From positions 1 through 60,628 of IMG/VR virus record IMGVR_UViG_3300010157_000068: DNA of 60,628 nt. One strand, 5' to 3'. A program made the position numbers and the translations under genes. The DNA comes from a virus. Lineage: Duplodnaviria; Caudoviricetes. Each line of letters starts with the position of its first letter. The stretch's first letter is position 1. This document shows positions 31,501 through 39,583 of this stretch, in pieces. The notes under the pieces were generated by a model. The model made no database searches. It saw only the letters and a list, made by a program, of their open reading frames with translations, and was not told the origin of the DNA.

Positions 31501-34395
31501 AAATCAAATAAATCTAACGAAGAGAATGTAAAAAAAGTATGGGAAAGATATAAGAATGGAGAGATAAGTATTGATAAGGCTCATTCAGATATTAGTGATT
31601 TAGCTGGAGGTATTAGTAAGCCAATATGGTATGAGTATGTTGCTGATGATAATGTTAAATCATTAGATGAAAATTCAGCAGCAATGGATCAGGCTAATGA
31701 AGACTCAATAGGAAAATTCCAAGACTCTCAAGGGTATTCTGATATGAAAGATATCGTTAAGGATATGATTGACGAGGGCAAATCAATTGACGAAATAAAA
31801 AAGATCATTAATGACGAGTTAGGATCAGATCAAGTATCCTTGGCTGAAAGAGCTCATAAAGAATTAACTGCAGAACCTAAAAAAGAAAACATAGCAAAAA
31901 AAACAGTCAAATCATTCTTTGATAATGACATAGCGCCTATGTTCAAGAGTAAGGCAGAGGCCTTGGTAGAGACTGCTAAAGCAGTCGTAAATACGTTAAG
32001 TCCAAAAACTGGTGTTGATAAAGGCGTTGTGAATAAGTTCTACGAGATGGTTGGAGATAGAAACAAGTCTGCAACCTTAATAGATAAGCAGATAGGAGAG
32101 TACAAAAAGACATTTGATAAAATGTCTGACACAGACAGAATAAGTTTTGTAGACAGAATGAAGAATGGAGAGACTCAACCTACTCCAGAATTAGATGCCA
32201 TAGCTAAAACTATTTCCAAGTTAGATTCAGATATGTATGACGAGATAACAAAATACAATCCTAACCTAGCATGGAAAGAAAACCACTTTAGAGTACTATG
32301 GAAAAAGGTCCCTGGATCTGAAAAAGAAAAGTACTGGTCATTCCTATCTAAAAGACCAGTAAGAGGTAGTAGAGGATTCTTCAAGCAGTCAACACTTAGA
32401 AGTATGTCTGAAGGTATAGAGAAGGGAGGGGTTCCGTACAGCACAAACCCTGTAGAGATGTTTGAAATGTCATACAATGACGGTATGAAGTATATTACCG
32501 CGCAAAGAATTATAGAGTCGTTTAAGAAGGACAATATAATAAAGTTTGTAAAGAGTGGGCAAGACGTGCCTGATGGTTATACTAAGATAAACGATAGCTT
32601 GGCTAATGTTTACTTCAAGGGAGACCAGGGCATGGTAAAAACTGGTGAGTATTATATACAAGAAGCACCTGGAAGAATGCTTAATAACATGCTTAGCAGG
32701 GACTATATAAGAGACACAAAGTTGGGATCGTCACTTATGGGAATCAAGAACTTTTATACCGGAATAGAGCTAGGCATAAGTCCATTCCACGCAGTAGCAA
32801 TATCTTTAGAACAGATTGCTTCTGGTGCTGGAATAGGCGTTAGAAAGATAGTTAATTTAGGAGATGTAAAGGGAGGTATAAAAGATATTGTAACGGCTCC
32901 GTTCTCTCCTAAAACAACATTCTCTTTAGGACGAGACTTCTTTAAATTTTCTACGGTAAAGGATTTTGAAAATAGCGATGGAGGAAAAAAATTCTTAGAG
33001 AAGAACCCTAATGCTAAGCAATATGTTGATGATTTCTTCAAAGGAGGAGGTCTTATGAAGCAGCATGAAGAATTAAAATCAAACACATACAAAGCGCTTA
33101 AAGAAAACCTAGGGAAGGACAACTATATAGGAGCTACTATGAGAGCGCTTCCAGCTCTTAACGAGGGAGTTATGAGTCCATTATTTAATGTTTACATTCC
33201 TTCGCTAAAGGTTGGCTTGTTTATGAAAGAGTTTCCGCTTGTATTGGCCGAGAACAAAGCAGCGTTAGAGAGTGGTAAGGTGACCAGAGAAGAACTTTCT
33301 AGAAAGGTAGTTGATGGAATTGACAATAGGCTTGGAGAGATGAATTTCGATAACCTATACTGGAACAGAACATTCAAGACCGCTAGTCAGTTCATGCTAA
33401 GATCTGTTACCTGGAAGTTGGGTAATATTAGACAAATGGGTGGAGCTGCTCCTGAGCAGGCAATAGAGTTTGTTAATGCAATAAAGGAAGGAAGAAGACC
33501 GAACTTATCTCCTAAGATGGCATGGCTGCTAGGCCTTTCATTAATACAGGTTGTTTTAGCAAGTGTTATACAGCATGCGTCACTTAAAAAGGATGATGAG
33601 GATAAGGACCTAAAAGACTTTAAAGACATTGTAGCTCCTAGGATAAATAGCGATGATAATAAGGAACGTGTAGTAATACCAACCTACTACAAGGATTTAC
33701 TTCATTTTTGGCATGCTCCAGGAGAGTATGTATCTTCGGGTATATCCGGCCCATTAGGTAAAATGATGGATGTATATAATAACAAAGACTTTTACAATTA
33801 TGAGATACGAGATGAAAATGATCCGGCCACTAAACAGTTAATAGATGCTGGAAAATACGTAATGCCAAAACCATTCTCCGTTACATCATTTCAAAAAATG
33901 AAAGAAAAGGGAGAACCAGTAAGTAAACAAGCTCTTAGTTTTATGGGGTTCAACAAGGCGCCAGGATATTTAGAACACAGCGATCTTGAGTCTGAGATAC
34001 TTGATCTTTACAGAATAAGAAATACAAGCGTAAAACCTTTAAAAATGAAAGAGGCCAATGATAAGAAGAAGGAGATACGAGACATGTACAAGAAGGATGT
34101 AAAGAAGGCTCAAGTAATGGCAGATGAGGCTGTTAAAAGCGGATTATTAAGACCTACACAAATAACTAGGTTGTTTCATGATGTAGCTAAAAATCAAGAC
34201 GCCATGGTTTATTTCTTTAACAGGCTTCCAGAGACTGACAAGGAATACTTGGAAAGCAAAATGACTGATGAAGAGAAGGCTAAATTTAACGTTAAGAAAA
34301 AGTTAACTGAACAAGAAATGAAAGCCAAGTATGGAGAGGAGACGTACAAAAAAATAATGATGGCTAGACAAAAATTAAAAAAGGGAGCTAATTAG
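25567..34395 (+). CDS. Giant (2942 aa) polyvalent-type internal virion protein
   Basis: ART-like YHVSH..D.IDP, zincin HEVFH...EE, HhH-glycosylase-like WYD...TIDTH...QSITW and a helical C-terminus. Confidence 0.75.
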   Translation: MPDNKFIPPSDAVEVKKNSKFVPPSDAVEVKKKESSEPTGQKKPLESATKAVAQSASSDTEPPTRAQVSVSLGGPTKLFEKQPDQHPESVMYGDGIKQPELLVPSKPIDLKQKKYYRVVADERRDVKNTISALESRNRELGRSEENLQNEGTYQYLKNKEEQLDAEFKPAEMAVKEIQKHSGVWTRPIESLVSSATEGKYSLVNTETINLNKDVEDKLIDTFDNAPEEMKQKWYKGQLPLDQKEHIINVAKTDVLNESYKGLKNDVSDFVKNIKDNPNISTQDKLIVKEKLKAKSDAFNAQVAMDFSDNLLKNNFKATEENKNLDEAIAKKYKGFLPDTLDFVSRLGEGIINTGGKALTGIGTMALLGAERFNQITGASNADDYTPIEATLDLINDTTNYNWLPSSKTKEGNILDDKGNLNLSYKSITRTLADTLPFTMQIMNDVKKGRIEGSPQSMISQLINPKNSKEFADKIKVVETAYKVTIGDNYREAKGMGMDDSKAFTYANIMSLAEGVSENIMPDFKYFDSVAGSTIKDVFKGNLKSAATKQAVKNVTKEFFKDIASEIGEEEFSLAVEDGLKYSLLLNHPNSEFFNIKRQKELIASTAIMSGATGLRYAPEKIKQNRTDIYREVYNNIGDLQDSFNSEINSPLNDDKTKESLKVAYNFASDISNAIAKSPENVTADQIDLLVQKDKLEGKKKAMDPAFHPDINKEIADIDAKIREMSNIPAEVAAPAVSEVTAIQQEITPTPMLTEEDKSAVKSGQKVSDVLNRPAVLESFGGSKLDSPVEGDVYQEGHRVIFEDKNKKTYDLGNIDEISDSTVEDLGLKPQEQLMSVKPVEIKVESNEDLDSKKSDIERRRNDELAVLNARIKAAEKEGRIPVDENGNGIRGKEEIQKINAKYDAELEALKSKKTPKGISPETSSNVANMTQDANGNYVFYHVSHNTLDTIDPSKHGTNPAGVTSSTEKAAISRVGGVSMYYPAENATEHMVKGNMHMVKVPEAEVYDFNSDPLNLIEEARKRFEEEHPNLPFTPNDQFAQVTKIANEKGYKMVVGEWNGGTRAQTTEAMNPIDVKEMSGDTIVKPFQEQLTSNKDKGYKSVIPEAKEARLKAVYDEIHNERNKQNKYDSLYHLAASDLSKMPQEEITKMIEESDLSQETKDKYAEALKYEPEQRRSEAPKEPESVEHNGIKYTKNENGNWVNEKTGNEVKGIGDKGKELVKTLDGLVEPKYERTDNVKIEGAPEGNYVNIGMNIGTTDEVMSEQEIESMLPEDVDVVEKDVKEVKSVLDGKENVEKTMSLRLSRPLTDTEMKKLLKDTKQKAIPQMVEGEGAMHGTKEWGDFNPEYFHMPDGKLLSEKLAKPAEVKESTKSKLEAFKQKHINKPVFDKEKLKSQVENAKKSIAKILPNVKIVVHDNPDSFILETGKNASGFYETETGTIHINASRANARTVAHEVFHAVLFEKLKTESSVRDLTKKMVSAISRTLDSNPELKKQLDDFISDYDSNVHNEEKMSELFGHLVDGYEGFDATAKSLVKKFIDRIATMFGLKPFTEGDVVDMLKTIAGKVSTGEEIVSKDVKIIKPAKIDIKGNLEKPSIKSKDNLESKKYQLTEDTKSEVKKGSIVSTRTPDIEGVHKTNNNIVDLKSLEKDDALVIKIAKELSSYGLSKIEEVNNINDARNLIQDFKNSVKDNLRFLHDSFGKEVRDVAKLWYDGANKISNEIADKYNYSTDQVAGVMAVLSPQMDWFRNLSLGKRVIDIYKNQQDTLFDSKMRSWIENSTSGTGKNKKELFPNSKEIIKRVDGKKLSELDIKDKAIFIRSYDEVYNSKNYENISPNGEVNGLVRNSNGSPGACGWGAFSTIEKSISILEDGSIENISKNLGNMHKVRNFFNNISDPSDPNAVTIDTHAVAAGLMLPLSGSSKEVLYNFGGASSKSTGSKGSYPVYADAYRELAKELGILPRELQSITWEAVRGLFKADFKSNKSNEENVKKVWERYKNGEISIDKAHSDISDLAGGISKPIWYEYVADDNVKSLDENSAAMDQANEDSIGKFQDSQGYSDMKDIVKDMIDEGKSIDEIKKIINDELGSDQVSLAERAHKELTAEPKKENIAKKTVKSFFDNDIAPMFKSKAEALVETAKAVVNTLSPKTGVDKGVVNKFYEMVGDRNKSATLIDKQIGEYKKTFDKMSDTDRISFVDRMKNGETQPTPELDAIAKTISKLDSDMYDEITKYNPNLAWKENHFRVLWKKVPGSEKEKYWSFLSKRPVRGSRGFFKQSTLRSMSEGIEKGGVPYSTNPVEMFEMSYNDGMKYITAQRIIESFKKDNIIKFVKSGQDVPDGYTKINDSLANVYFKGDQGMVKTGEYYIQEAPGRMLNNMLSRDYIRDTKLGSSLMGIKNFYTGIELGISPFHAVAISLEQIASGAGIGVRKIVNLGDVKGGIKDIVTAPFSPKTTFSLGRDFFKFSTVKDFENSDGGKKFLEKNPNAKQYVDDFFKGGGLMKQHEELKSNTYKALKENLGKDNYIGATMRALPALNEGVMSPLFNVYIPSLKVGLFMKEFPLVLAENKAALESGKVTREELSRKVVDGIDNRLGEMNFDNLYWNRTFKTASQFMLRSVTWKLGNIRQMGGAAPEQAIEFVNAIKEGRRPNLSPKMAWLLGLSLIQVVLASVIQHASLKKDDEDKDLKDFKDIVAPRINSDDNKERVVIPTYYKDLLHFWHAPGEYVSSGISGPLGKMMDVYNNKDFYNYEIRDENDPATKQLIDAGKYVMPKPFSVTSFQKMKEKGEPVSKQALSFMGFNKAPGYLEHSDLESEILDLYRIRNTSVKPLKMKEANDKKKEIRDMYKKDVKKAQVMADEAVKSGLLRPTQITRLFHDVAKNQDAMVYFFNRLPETDKEYLESKMTDEEKAKFNVKKKLTEQEMKAKYGEETYKKIMMARQKLKKGAN

Positions 34396-34402
34396 CTCCC
34401 TT
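34381..34402. terminator. Bidirectional terminator between the two convergent arms
   Basis: Perfect palindrome AAGGGAGCTAATTAGCTCCCTT. Confidence 0.75.
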
Positions 34403-34406
34403 AAGT

Positions 34407-34772
34407 TTATCTTTTAATATGTTGCGGTATACGCTGTTCACTGATTCCTTGTTGGCTCCTCGGAGATACAGGTAGTTCATTACTATTTTTACTCTCTGCA
34501 TCGGACTTATTAAATGTACCTTCTTGCTCATTATATTCTTGTTTTAGTTTTTCTGCGTATAGGATCGCGTCCTGTAATTCCATTTGAAGATGATTTAGCC
34601 ATTCTAAGAGGTTTAAATCCTTACGATCTAAGTTGGTACCGTACTTCTTAAATCCTGTCTCAGAACGGCTCTTAAAGCTTTCTACTACGTTCTTTACTAT
34701 GGAGTCTTCAGGCGTTACAATTTGATGATCTCTTACCATCATGTTCATTACGTGTTCGTCTAGGTATATCAT
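34407..34772 (-). CDS. All-alpha NTP pyrophosphatase-like (MazG/dUTPase-fold) protein
   Basis: RSETGFKKYGTNLDR...HLQMELQDAILY motif. Confidence 0.5.
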   Translation of the reverse strand: MIYLDEHVMNMMVRDHQIVTPEDSIVKNVVESFKSRSETGFKKYGTNLDRKDLNLLEWLNHLQMELQDAILYAEKLKQEYNEQEGTFNKSDAESKNSNELPVSPRSQQGISEQRIPQHIKR

Positions 34773-34774
34773 GG

Positions 34775-35029
34775 TTAAATTTTTTCAAACATTACCATAT
34801 TACTACAATTTGGACATTCAAGCCTGTCTAGTTCTTTTGGATAAACAGATGTCCATTTGTGATTACATAGGTCACATTGAATGTAATCAGAAGTCCAGAT
34901 TTCTTCATTTTCTTCTAAGTACTTTTCATACTCAGGAATATAACTAACTAAGTCTTCTATTTTTATTTGAGTAATGTTTTTAGTGTTTTTTAACCACTCA
35001 CACAAATCTTCTATAAATTTATTTGTCAT
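34775..35029 (-). CDS. Zn-ribbon protein
   Basis: CDLC...CPNC. Confidence 0.65.
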   Translation of the reverse strand: MTNKFIEDLCEWLKNTKNITQIKIEDLVSYIPEYEKYLEENEEIWTSDYIQCDLCNHKWTSVYPKELDRLECPNCSNMVMFEKI

Positions 35030-35041
35030 AATTGAATTCTG

Positions 35042-35260
35042 TTATTTACTATATCTACTTTGATTACCTCTTTTACAATTTTCCGAAAAAGTTATCCATT
35101 GAATATTGTCTAAGGTATAACTTTTTTTACTATCTATCCTATCAATACTAGGTGTGTATTTTCTTTGATGATTAGATATTTTCCAATAAACAAATAAGTC
35201 TTGAAAACTAATATTGTCTATAGACCATTTATAGAAAGTTTCTTTATCTAATATTTCAAT
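35042..35260 (-). pseudogene. 5'-truncated HNH endonuclease remnant
   Basis: 72 open codons IEILDKETFY...PSIDRIDSKKSYTLDNIQWITFSEN...SK* with no ATG/GTG/TTG start. Very AT-rich. Confidence 0.75.
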
Positions 35261-36480
35261 TAAAATATATGTGTTATTCTAGCAATCTGGCCATTATTTT
35301 TATCATGAACAAACCCCTCTACGGCTTTTGGAGAATGCTGATACCCGTTTCTATGGTGCCAACTATCTGTTCCGCATGGAGTTCTTAAGCTCTCAACGCA
35401 TACACTCATGTAGTCCTTGCTTATTTTGTGATGAAAATGATGAACATAGAAATACTTATGCTTGCATGAGCTCCAGTTTTCACTTTCGTTAGCCATTAAT
35501 AAAGGTAAATCCTGTTGTTTAGCTCCGTCTCCGTGAGTAGTGCCTATTAAGTTCTGCCCATATACAAAATACTTTCTATGTGATACGCTGCAGTCAAAAT
35601 CTACATTACTACAATTCGAAAAGTGAGACTCTATAAGCTGAGCTAAAAAGAATCCGTTTGTGTAATCATGGTTTGAAGGATTAAACACAACACTTACGTC
35701 CGCAATAGATATAAGTTTTTCTATTATATCAACATACAACCTCTTAGCTATTAAAAAATTATCATACCACATCCCGTCGGTGTCTTGCGGAGTTCCGCTA
35801 GTTGTAGTTCTTTTCGGATTGTCGATATGAAGTATGTCGTTTCCAATCACAAAAAGTATCTTATCTATGTTGAAGCTTTCTGCTTTACAAAGAATACCGT
35901 CTACACCTTCTAAAACTCTTTTTACAGCTATCTGGTTATTATATGTCTCTCCTGTTTCGAATGAACTACATAACTTTCCAATATGGACATCTGCAGGATC
36001 AACAATAAGAAGATTTCCGTCCGTAGGGTTTATCCTTTTGTATGAGTTGTATTTAGGCGCGTACTGTTTTATATCATTAAGCAGCAAGTCATATATATTA
36101 TTCGCGTCGTCTTTAGATATTATACTACTAGCGATGTTATAGTATGGTACGCCGGTGTGAGTAACGAGCTTATAAGTTCTTACATGATTAAATGGTATGT
36201 TATAGTACCTGCAGTACTCATCAATACTCATCAGCTCGCCGTTAGACTTCAGGGCCGACATCTGCTGCTCAACTTTGTACTGATTTGTGTCTGTTTCGGT
36301 TGTATTCTCTAGGTCCTGGCTGATCTTGTTAAGGTGAGTAGAGAAGTGCCTCCTAACGGTGTCGTCCCACTCGAATCCGTACTCGCGGCAGGCCTCCTTA
36401 GAGGCCGCTGTTACAGACAGGCCCTCGGACACAAGTGAGGTTACCCTCTCCTGCATCTCAATTGGATAGTTGTGTCTCAT
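35260..36480 (-). CDS. Calcineurin-like metallophosphoesterase with an N-terminal HTH-like region
   Basis: DVHIG, GNDILH, SNHD, HGD and HHFHH motifs. Confidence 0.85.
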   Translation of the reverse strand: MRHNYPIEMQERVTSLVSEGLSVTAASKEACREYGFEWDDTVRRHFSTHLNKISQDLENTTETDTNQYKVEQQMSALKSNGELMSIDEYCRYYNIPFNHVRTYKLVTHTGVPYYNIASSIISKDDANNIYDLLLNDIKQYAPKYNSYKRINPTDGNLLIVDPADVHIGKLCSSFETGETYNNQIAVKRVLEGVDGILCKAESFNIDKILFVIGNDILHIDNPKRTTTSGTPQDTDGMWYDNFLIAKRLYVDIIEKLISIADVSVVFNPSNHDYTNGFFLAQLIESHFSNCSNVDFDCSVSHRKYFVYGQNLIGTTHGDGAKQQDLPLLMANESENWSSCKHKYFYVHHFHHKISKDYMSVCVESLRTPCGTDSWHHRNGYQHSPKAVEGFVHDKNNGQIARITHIF

Positions 36481-36647
36481 TACATTTCGTCTTTAAGTGT
36501 CTGCTGCAGCTCCTTCAACAGACCAGTTAGTAAGAATATACTCTTATTAAGTTCCTCATTATCTCCGTCCATTAGGCTCTCGTAGATCGTGTCGGTGTAT
36601 GAGTTTATTGACTTCATTACCGAGTTTACATGCGCTATATTGTTCAT
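36480..36647 (-). CDS. Small hypothetical protein (55 aa)
   Basis: Manually translated MNNIAHVNSV...LKDEM*. Stop overlaps the next start. Confidence 0.6.
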   Translation of the reverse strand: MNNIAHVNSVMKSINSYTDTIYESLMDGDNEELNKSIFLLTGLLKELQQTLKDEM

Positions 36648-36702
36648 TGTACGTTTTTTATTGCAATTTACCGTGAAAATAAATTTTCGAGATAAAAAGT
36701 TA

Positions 36703-37191
36703 TTAACAATTCATTCGGATTATTGATTCTAGTCGCTCTCTGATTAAGCCCTTTTTTTCTTCAGGTATAGTCTCTATCATAGAGTGTATACCGTGATTCA
36801 TCTTTTGCTCTATCTTCTCTAGCTTAGACTTTAGGATTATATTCTCGTACCATACCTTGCTGGTCTCCTCTGGGGTACCGGTCCGCATTCCGCAAGAGTA
36901 CGCCTCTAAGATGTTGTAATACTTATCTCTAAGTACCTGATCGTGCTTTATCCACGTCTCTATCTTCTTGATATAATTGAAGATAGATCCGTGCTTCTTA
37001 CCTAGCATCCTTCCAATATCTGTGTATCCAACCTTGTGGTGCCGGTACATTATATTTGAAAATATGGCCCTAGCCTCGACGTACTCTTTCTCTCTAGTAT
37101 CCTCAAATATATTTAGGGCATACTCATTATTAATAACATTTATTAGCTCCTTTATGTTATTCTCCATTGTAGACTTCTGTTTTAAATCCAT
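36703..37191 (-). CDS. DnaA C-terminal-like HTH DNA-binding protein
   Basis: TREKEYVEARAI...YTDIGRMLGKKHGSIF resembles DnaA domain IV. Confidence 0.7.
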   Translation of the reverse strand: MDLKQKSTMENNIKELINVINNEYALNIFEDTREKEYVEARAIFSNIMYRHHKVGYTDIGRMLGKKHGSIFNYIKKIETWIKHDQVLRDKYYNILEAYSCGMRTGTPEETSKVWYENIILKSKLEKIEQKMNHGIHSMIETIPEEKKGLIRERLESIIRMNC

Positions 37192-37396
37192 AGCTCTCTA
37201 GTTCTTTAATTCTGTACTTTTGTATTTCCGAAAGCTTACCCTTCGGTGTTTTAATTTCTGAGAAGAGTATGCTACCCTCCTTAATAGCTACAAGATCAGG
37301 GATACCGTTCTTGTTTGTCTTTATAAGCTTCAAGACGTAGTAACCTTCGGCCTCTAACTGCTTAATCCTTTTGGCTTGTATATGCTGTTCCTTCAT
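37157..37396 (-). CDS. VRR-NUC nuclease / Holliday junction resolvase
   Basis: E..IQ...GIPDL...FSEIK...GKLSEIQ. Confidence 0.85.
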   Translation of the reverse strand: MKEQHIQAKRIKQLEAEGYYVLKLIKTNKNGIPDLVAIKEGSILFSEIKTPKGKLSEIQKYRIKELESYGFKTEVYNGE

Positions 37397-37610
37397 AAAC
37401 TTTAATAAAATTATTGTCCTTGTCGTAGATTTTTATTAGATTAAATTTTCTGTCTATGTGCTCTAAGATGTTATCAAGGCTTACAGAGTTAAATATAGCT
37501 CCGAAGTTATTAATGTCTATGCTATCGTTAGTGTTCTGCCTATAGTAATCATAGAACCAATTAAGATTATACTTGCCTGTGTTTCTCATCTGAATGTATT
37601 TAACCTTCAT
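37362..37610 (-). CDS. Hypothetical protein
   Basis: Coupled overlaps on both sides. AT-rich. Confidence 0.6.
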   Translation of the reverse strand: MKVKYIQMRNTGKYNLNWFYDYYRQNTNDSIDINNFGAIFNSVSLDNILEHIDRKFNLIKIYDKDNNFIKVYEGTAYTSQKD

Positions 37611-38830
37611 AAGTAGTCTCTTTTAAAATGGTTAGTAGTGTATGATTTTTTGTTTAGTACTGACTTATAGATCTTTTCCTCTATGCCGCCTTCCGAGAAG
37701 ATCCAGTATACCTTATTGAACTTCCTATCGATAGTCGTCATTCGATCACGAGCCTGCCAGTAACTAGTTGCCGAGAAGTCTATGTTATAAAATACTAGGT
37801 ACTCAGCGTTTCTTAGAGATATCCCTTCGCGGCCAGAGACAATCTGAAGAGCTATGCTTTTATCTGTACTATTAAACTCCTCTAGGCTAGTTGTTAGCTT
37901 GTCGCCAAAGATAGTCTTTAGCGCGTTAAATTCCTCAACAAATTTGTAGAATATTCCTATTTTCATATTCTCGAATCGAGAAAATATGAACTCAGCCTTG
38001 CTGTAGTCGATCACCATAGAGTCTCCACTCTCGAACTTGATGGTACCGGAGTACATCTGGTGAAGCTTCTGCTGCAGCTTGACTGAAGTATCAGCTAGTA
38101 TAACCTGGCTTGAACCCTCTATCACTAGGTCCTTCATAAGCCGGTTACACATCTCGTAAGTGGAGTCCTTCATTCTTACCTTAAGCACCTCCTCCTCAAT
38201 CACAGACTCAAATCCGGCCTGCTCCTGCGTGTATGTTAATATGTAGGGAGAGATCACACTCATAATCTTGCCTATGTCCGCATCACTGTAGTCATTCACC
38301 TTGGCATAACCTAGGTGCTTAACCTTTATATTGACGTAGTTAGCCGCCCACTTGTAGAAGTTAACCTCCTTGAACGGAGAGAACAGGCTGCACCAGAACT
38401 GATGGTACACCTGAGAGTATGACTCCGGGCTTGGGGTACCTGACAGGAAGATGGCCGGAAGGTGTCCGAACATCTTCTTGTAGGTCTTTGCTCCTAGACT
38501 AGGCTTAGGGAATGACCCAAACCGGTGGTGCTCGTCATGAATAACTAGGTCAAACTTGCCGTCGATCTTATGCATGGACTCGTCATTATATACGAACAAC
38601 TCGAAGTGCTTGTCGTACTCGAAGTTAATGTAGTCAGACTCGATAGAAGATATTGCCTTCTTCTTTGTCAAGAATAAGACTCTTTTAGCTCCAAAAAGTA
38701 CAGCCGTCTCTAGAGATACACTTGTTTTTCCTAAACGTACTTCTAAAGCATAGTAAACTACTCCTTTTAATTTAAGTATATTTACTCCTTTATTAGCTAT
38801 ATTTACTTGGTAATCCCTAAGTTTATACAT
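37607..38830 (-). CDS. SNF2-like SF2 helicase
   Basis: LRDYQ, RLGKT, DEHH, LSGTP, GREGISL and QARDR motifs. Confidence 0.88.
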   Translation of the reverse strand: MYKLRDYQVNIANKGVNILKLKGVVYYALEVRLGKTSVSLETAVLFGAKRVLFLTKKKAISSIESDYINFEYDKHFELFVYNDESMHKIDGKFDLVIHDEHHRFGSFPKPSLGAKTYKKMFGHLPAIFLSGTPSPESYSQVYHQFWCSLFSPFKEVNFYKWAANYVNIKVKHLGYAKVNDYSDADIGKIMSVISPYILTYTQEQAGFESVIEEEVLKVRMKDSTYEMCNRLMKDLVIEGSSQVILADTSVKLQQKLHQMYSGTIKFESGDSMVIDYSKAEFIFSRFENMKIGIFYKFVEEFNALKTIFGDKLTTSLEEFNSTDKSIALQIVSGREGISLRNAEYLVFYNIDFSATSYWQARDRMTTIDRKFNKVYWIFSEGGIEEKIYKSVLNKKSYTTNHFKRDYL

Positions 38831-39356
38831 AATACTTATTATTTAACACGTTTAAAATACAGCGTCTTCCTACATTGTATTTCAACATAAAATTTTTTAC
38901 ATTACCATCAGATTTAATCACGTCTTTAGAGTTTCCTTTTACGCAATTTTTTCTAATATCGAGAATAGCTTCTTCAGATAATTTTCTATTTGAATTTATT
39001 TTTTTTAACACATCGTACGAGTGTCTTTCATTTTCTGAATGAGTACACCATTCTAAATTATGAATATTGTTATTACTTCCATTTCCGTCTATGTGATTTA
39101 CACAAGGTTTGTTTTTTGGATTAGGAATAAAATATAAGGCTACCAATCTATGCACTTGATATCTTTTTTGAATGTTGTTTTGACTAAAAGTAACTCTTTT
39201 GTATTTATTTTTAACCGTTTCTTGTGTTAATAATTTTTCTTTATAATTTGTAATTACTCCATTAGAATAAATTATTTTACATTTTTTTCTCCTAACATTT
39301 CCGTAACTAGAAATTTCATAATTAGTAAAATAAGCAATTGTTTTCCAAATTTCCAT
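38823..39356 (-). CDS. NUMOD4-HNH homing endonuclease
   Basis: EIWK.I...YEISSYGNVR, VHRLVA..FIPNP, VNHIDGN..NN...NLEWCT..EN. Confidence 0.92.
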   Translation of the reverse strand: MEIWKTIAYFTNYEISSYGNVRRKKCKIIYSNGVITNYKEKLLTQETVKNKYKRVTFSQNNIQKRYQVHRLVALYFIPNPKNKPCVNHIDGNGSNNNIHNLEWCTHSENERHSYDVLKKINSNRKLSEEAILDIRKNCVKGNSKDVIKSDGNVKNFMLKYNVGRRCILNVLNNKYYV

Positions 39357-39360
39357 AAAT

Positions 39361-39442
39361 AAAAAACCACCAAATCAAAAGGTCGCCGTCTTTATCATTG
39401 GTGGAATTTGTATAAATCTTTAATTGTAGCGGCGACTCTACA
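39361..39442 (-). ncRNA. Candidate two-hairpin kissing-loop leader RNA
   Basis: Loops GUCGCCG and CGGCGAC are exactly complementary. The second hairpin is followed by U6. Confidence 0.65.
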
Positions 39443-39446
39443 GGTG

Positions 39447-39454
39447 CAAAGATA
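39447..39454 (-). promoter_or_regulatory. -7 promoter element TATCTTTG for the HNH gene
   Basis: CAAAGATA on the + strand, directly upstream of the leader. Confidence 0.7.
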
Positions 39455-39583
39455 GTAAAAATATTATAAATCTTTTAGGTTAATTCGTTTATTTAGCTCC
39501 TTTTTTAATTAGGTAGTACCATAACCAGATTGCTTTAGACCTAAGAATCTCATAAAATGCCCATAACAGAATGTATTTCATAT

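Noticed and set aside
578-33629. Many short antisense or alternative-frame ORFs inside structural genes (also within the primase and groEL)
   Set aside because: They are shadows of long, motif-bearing ORFs on the other strand or frame.
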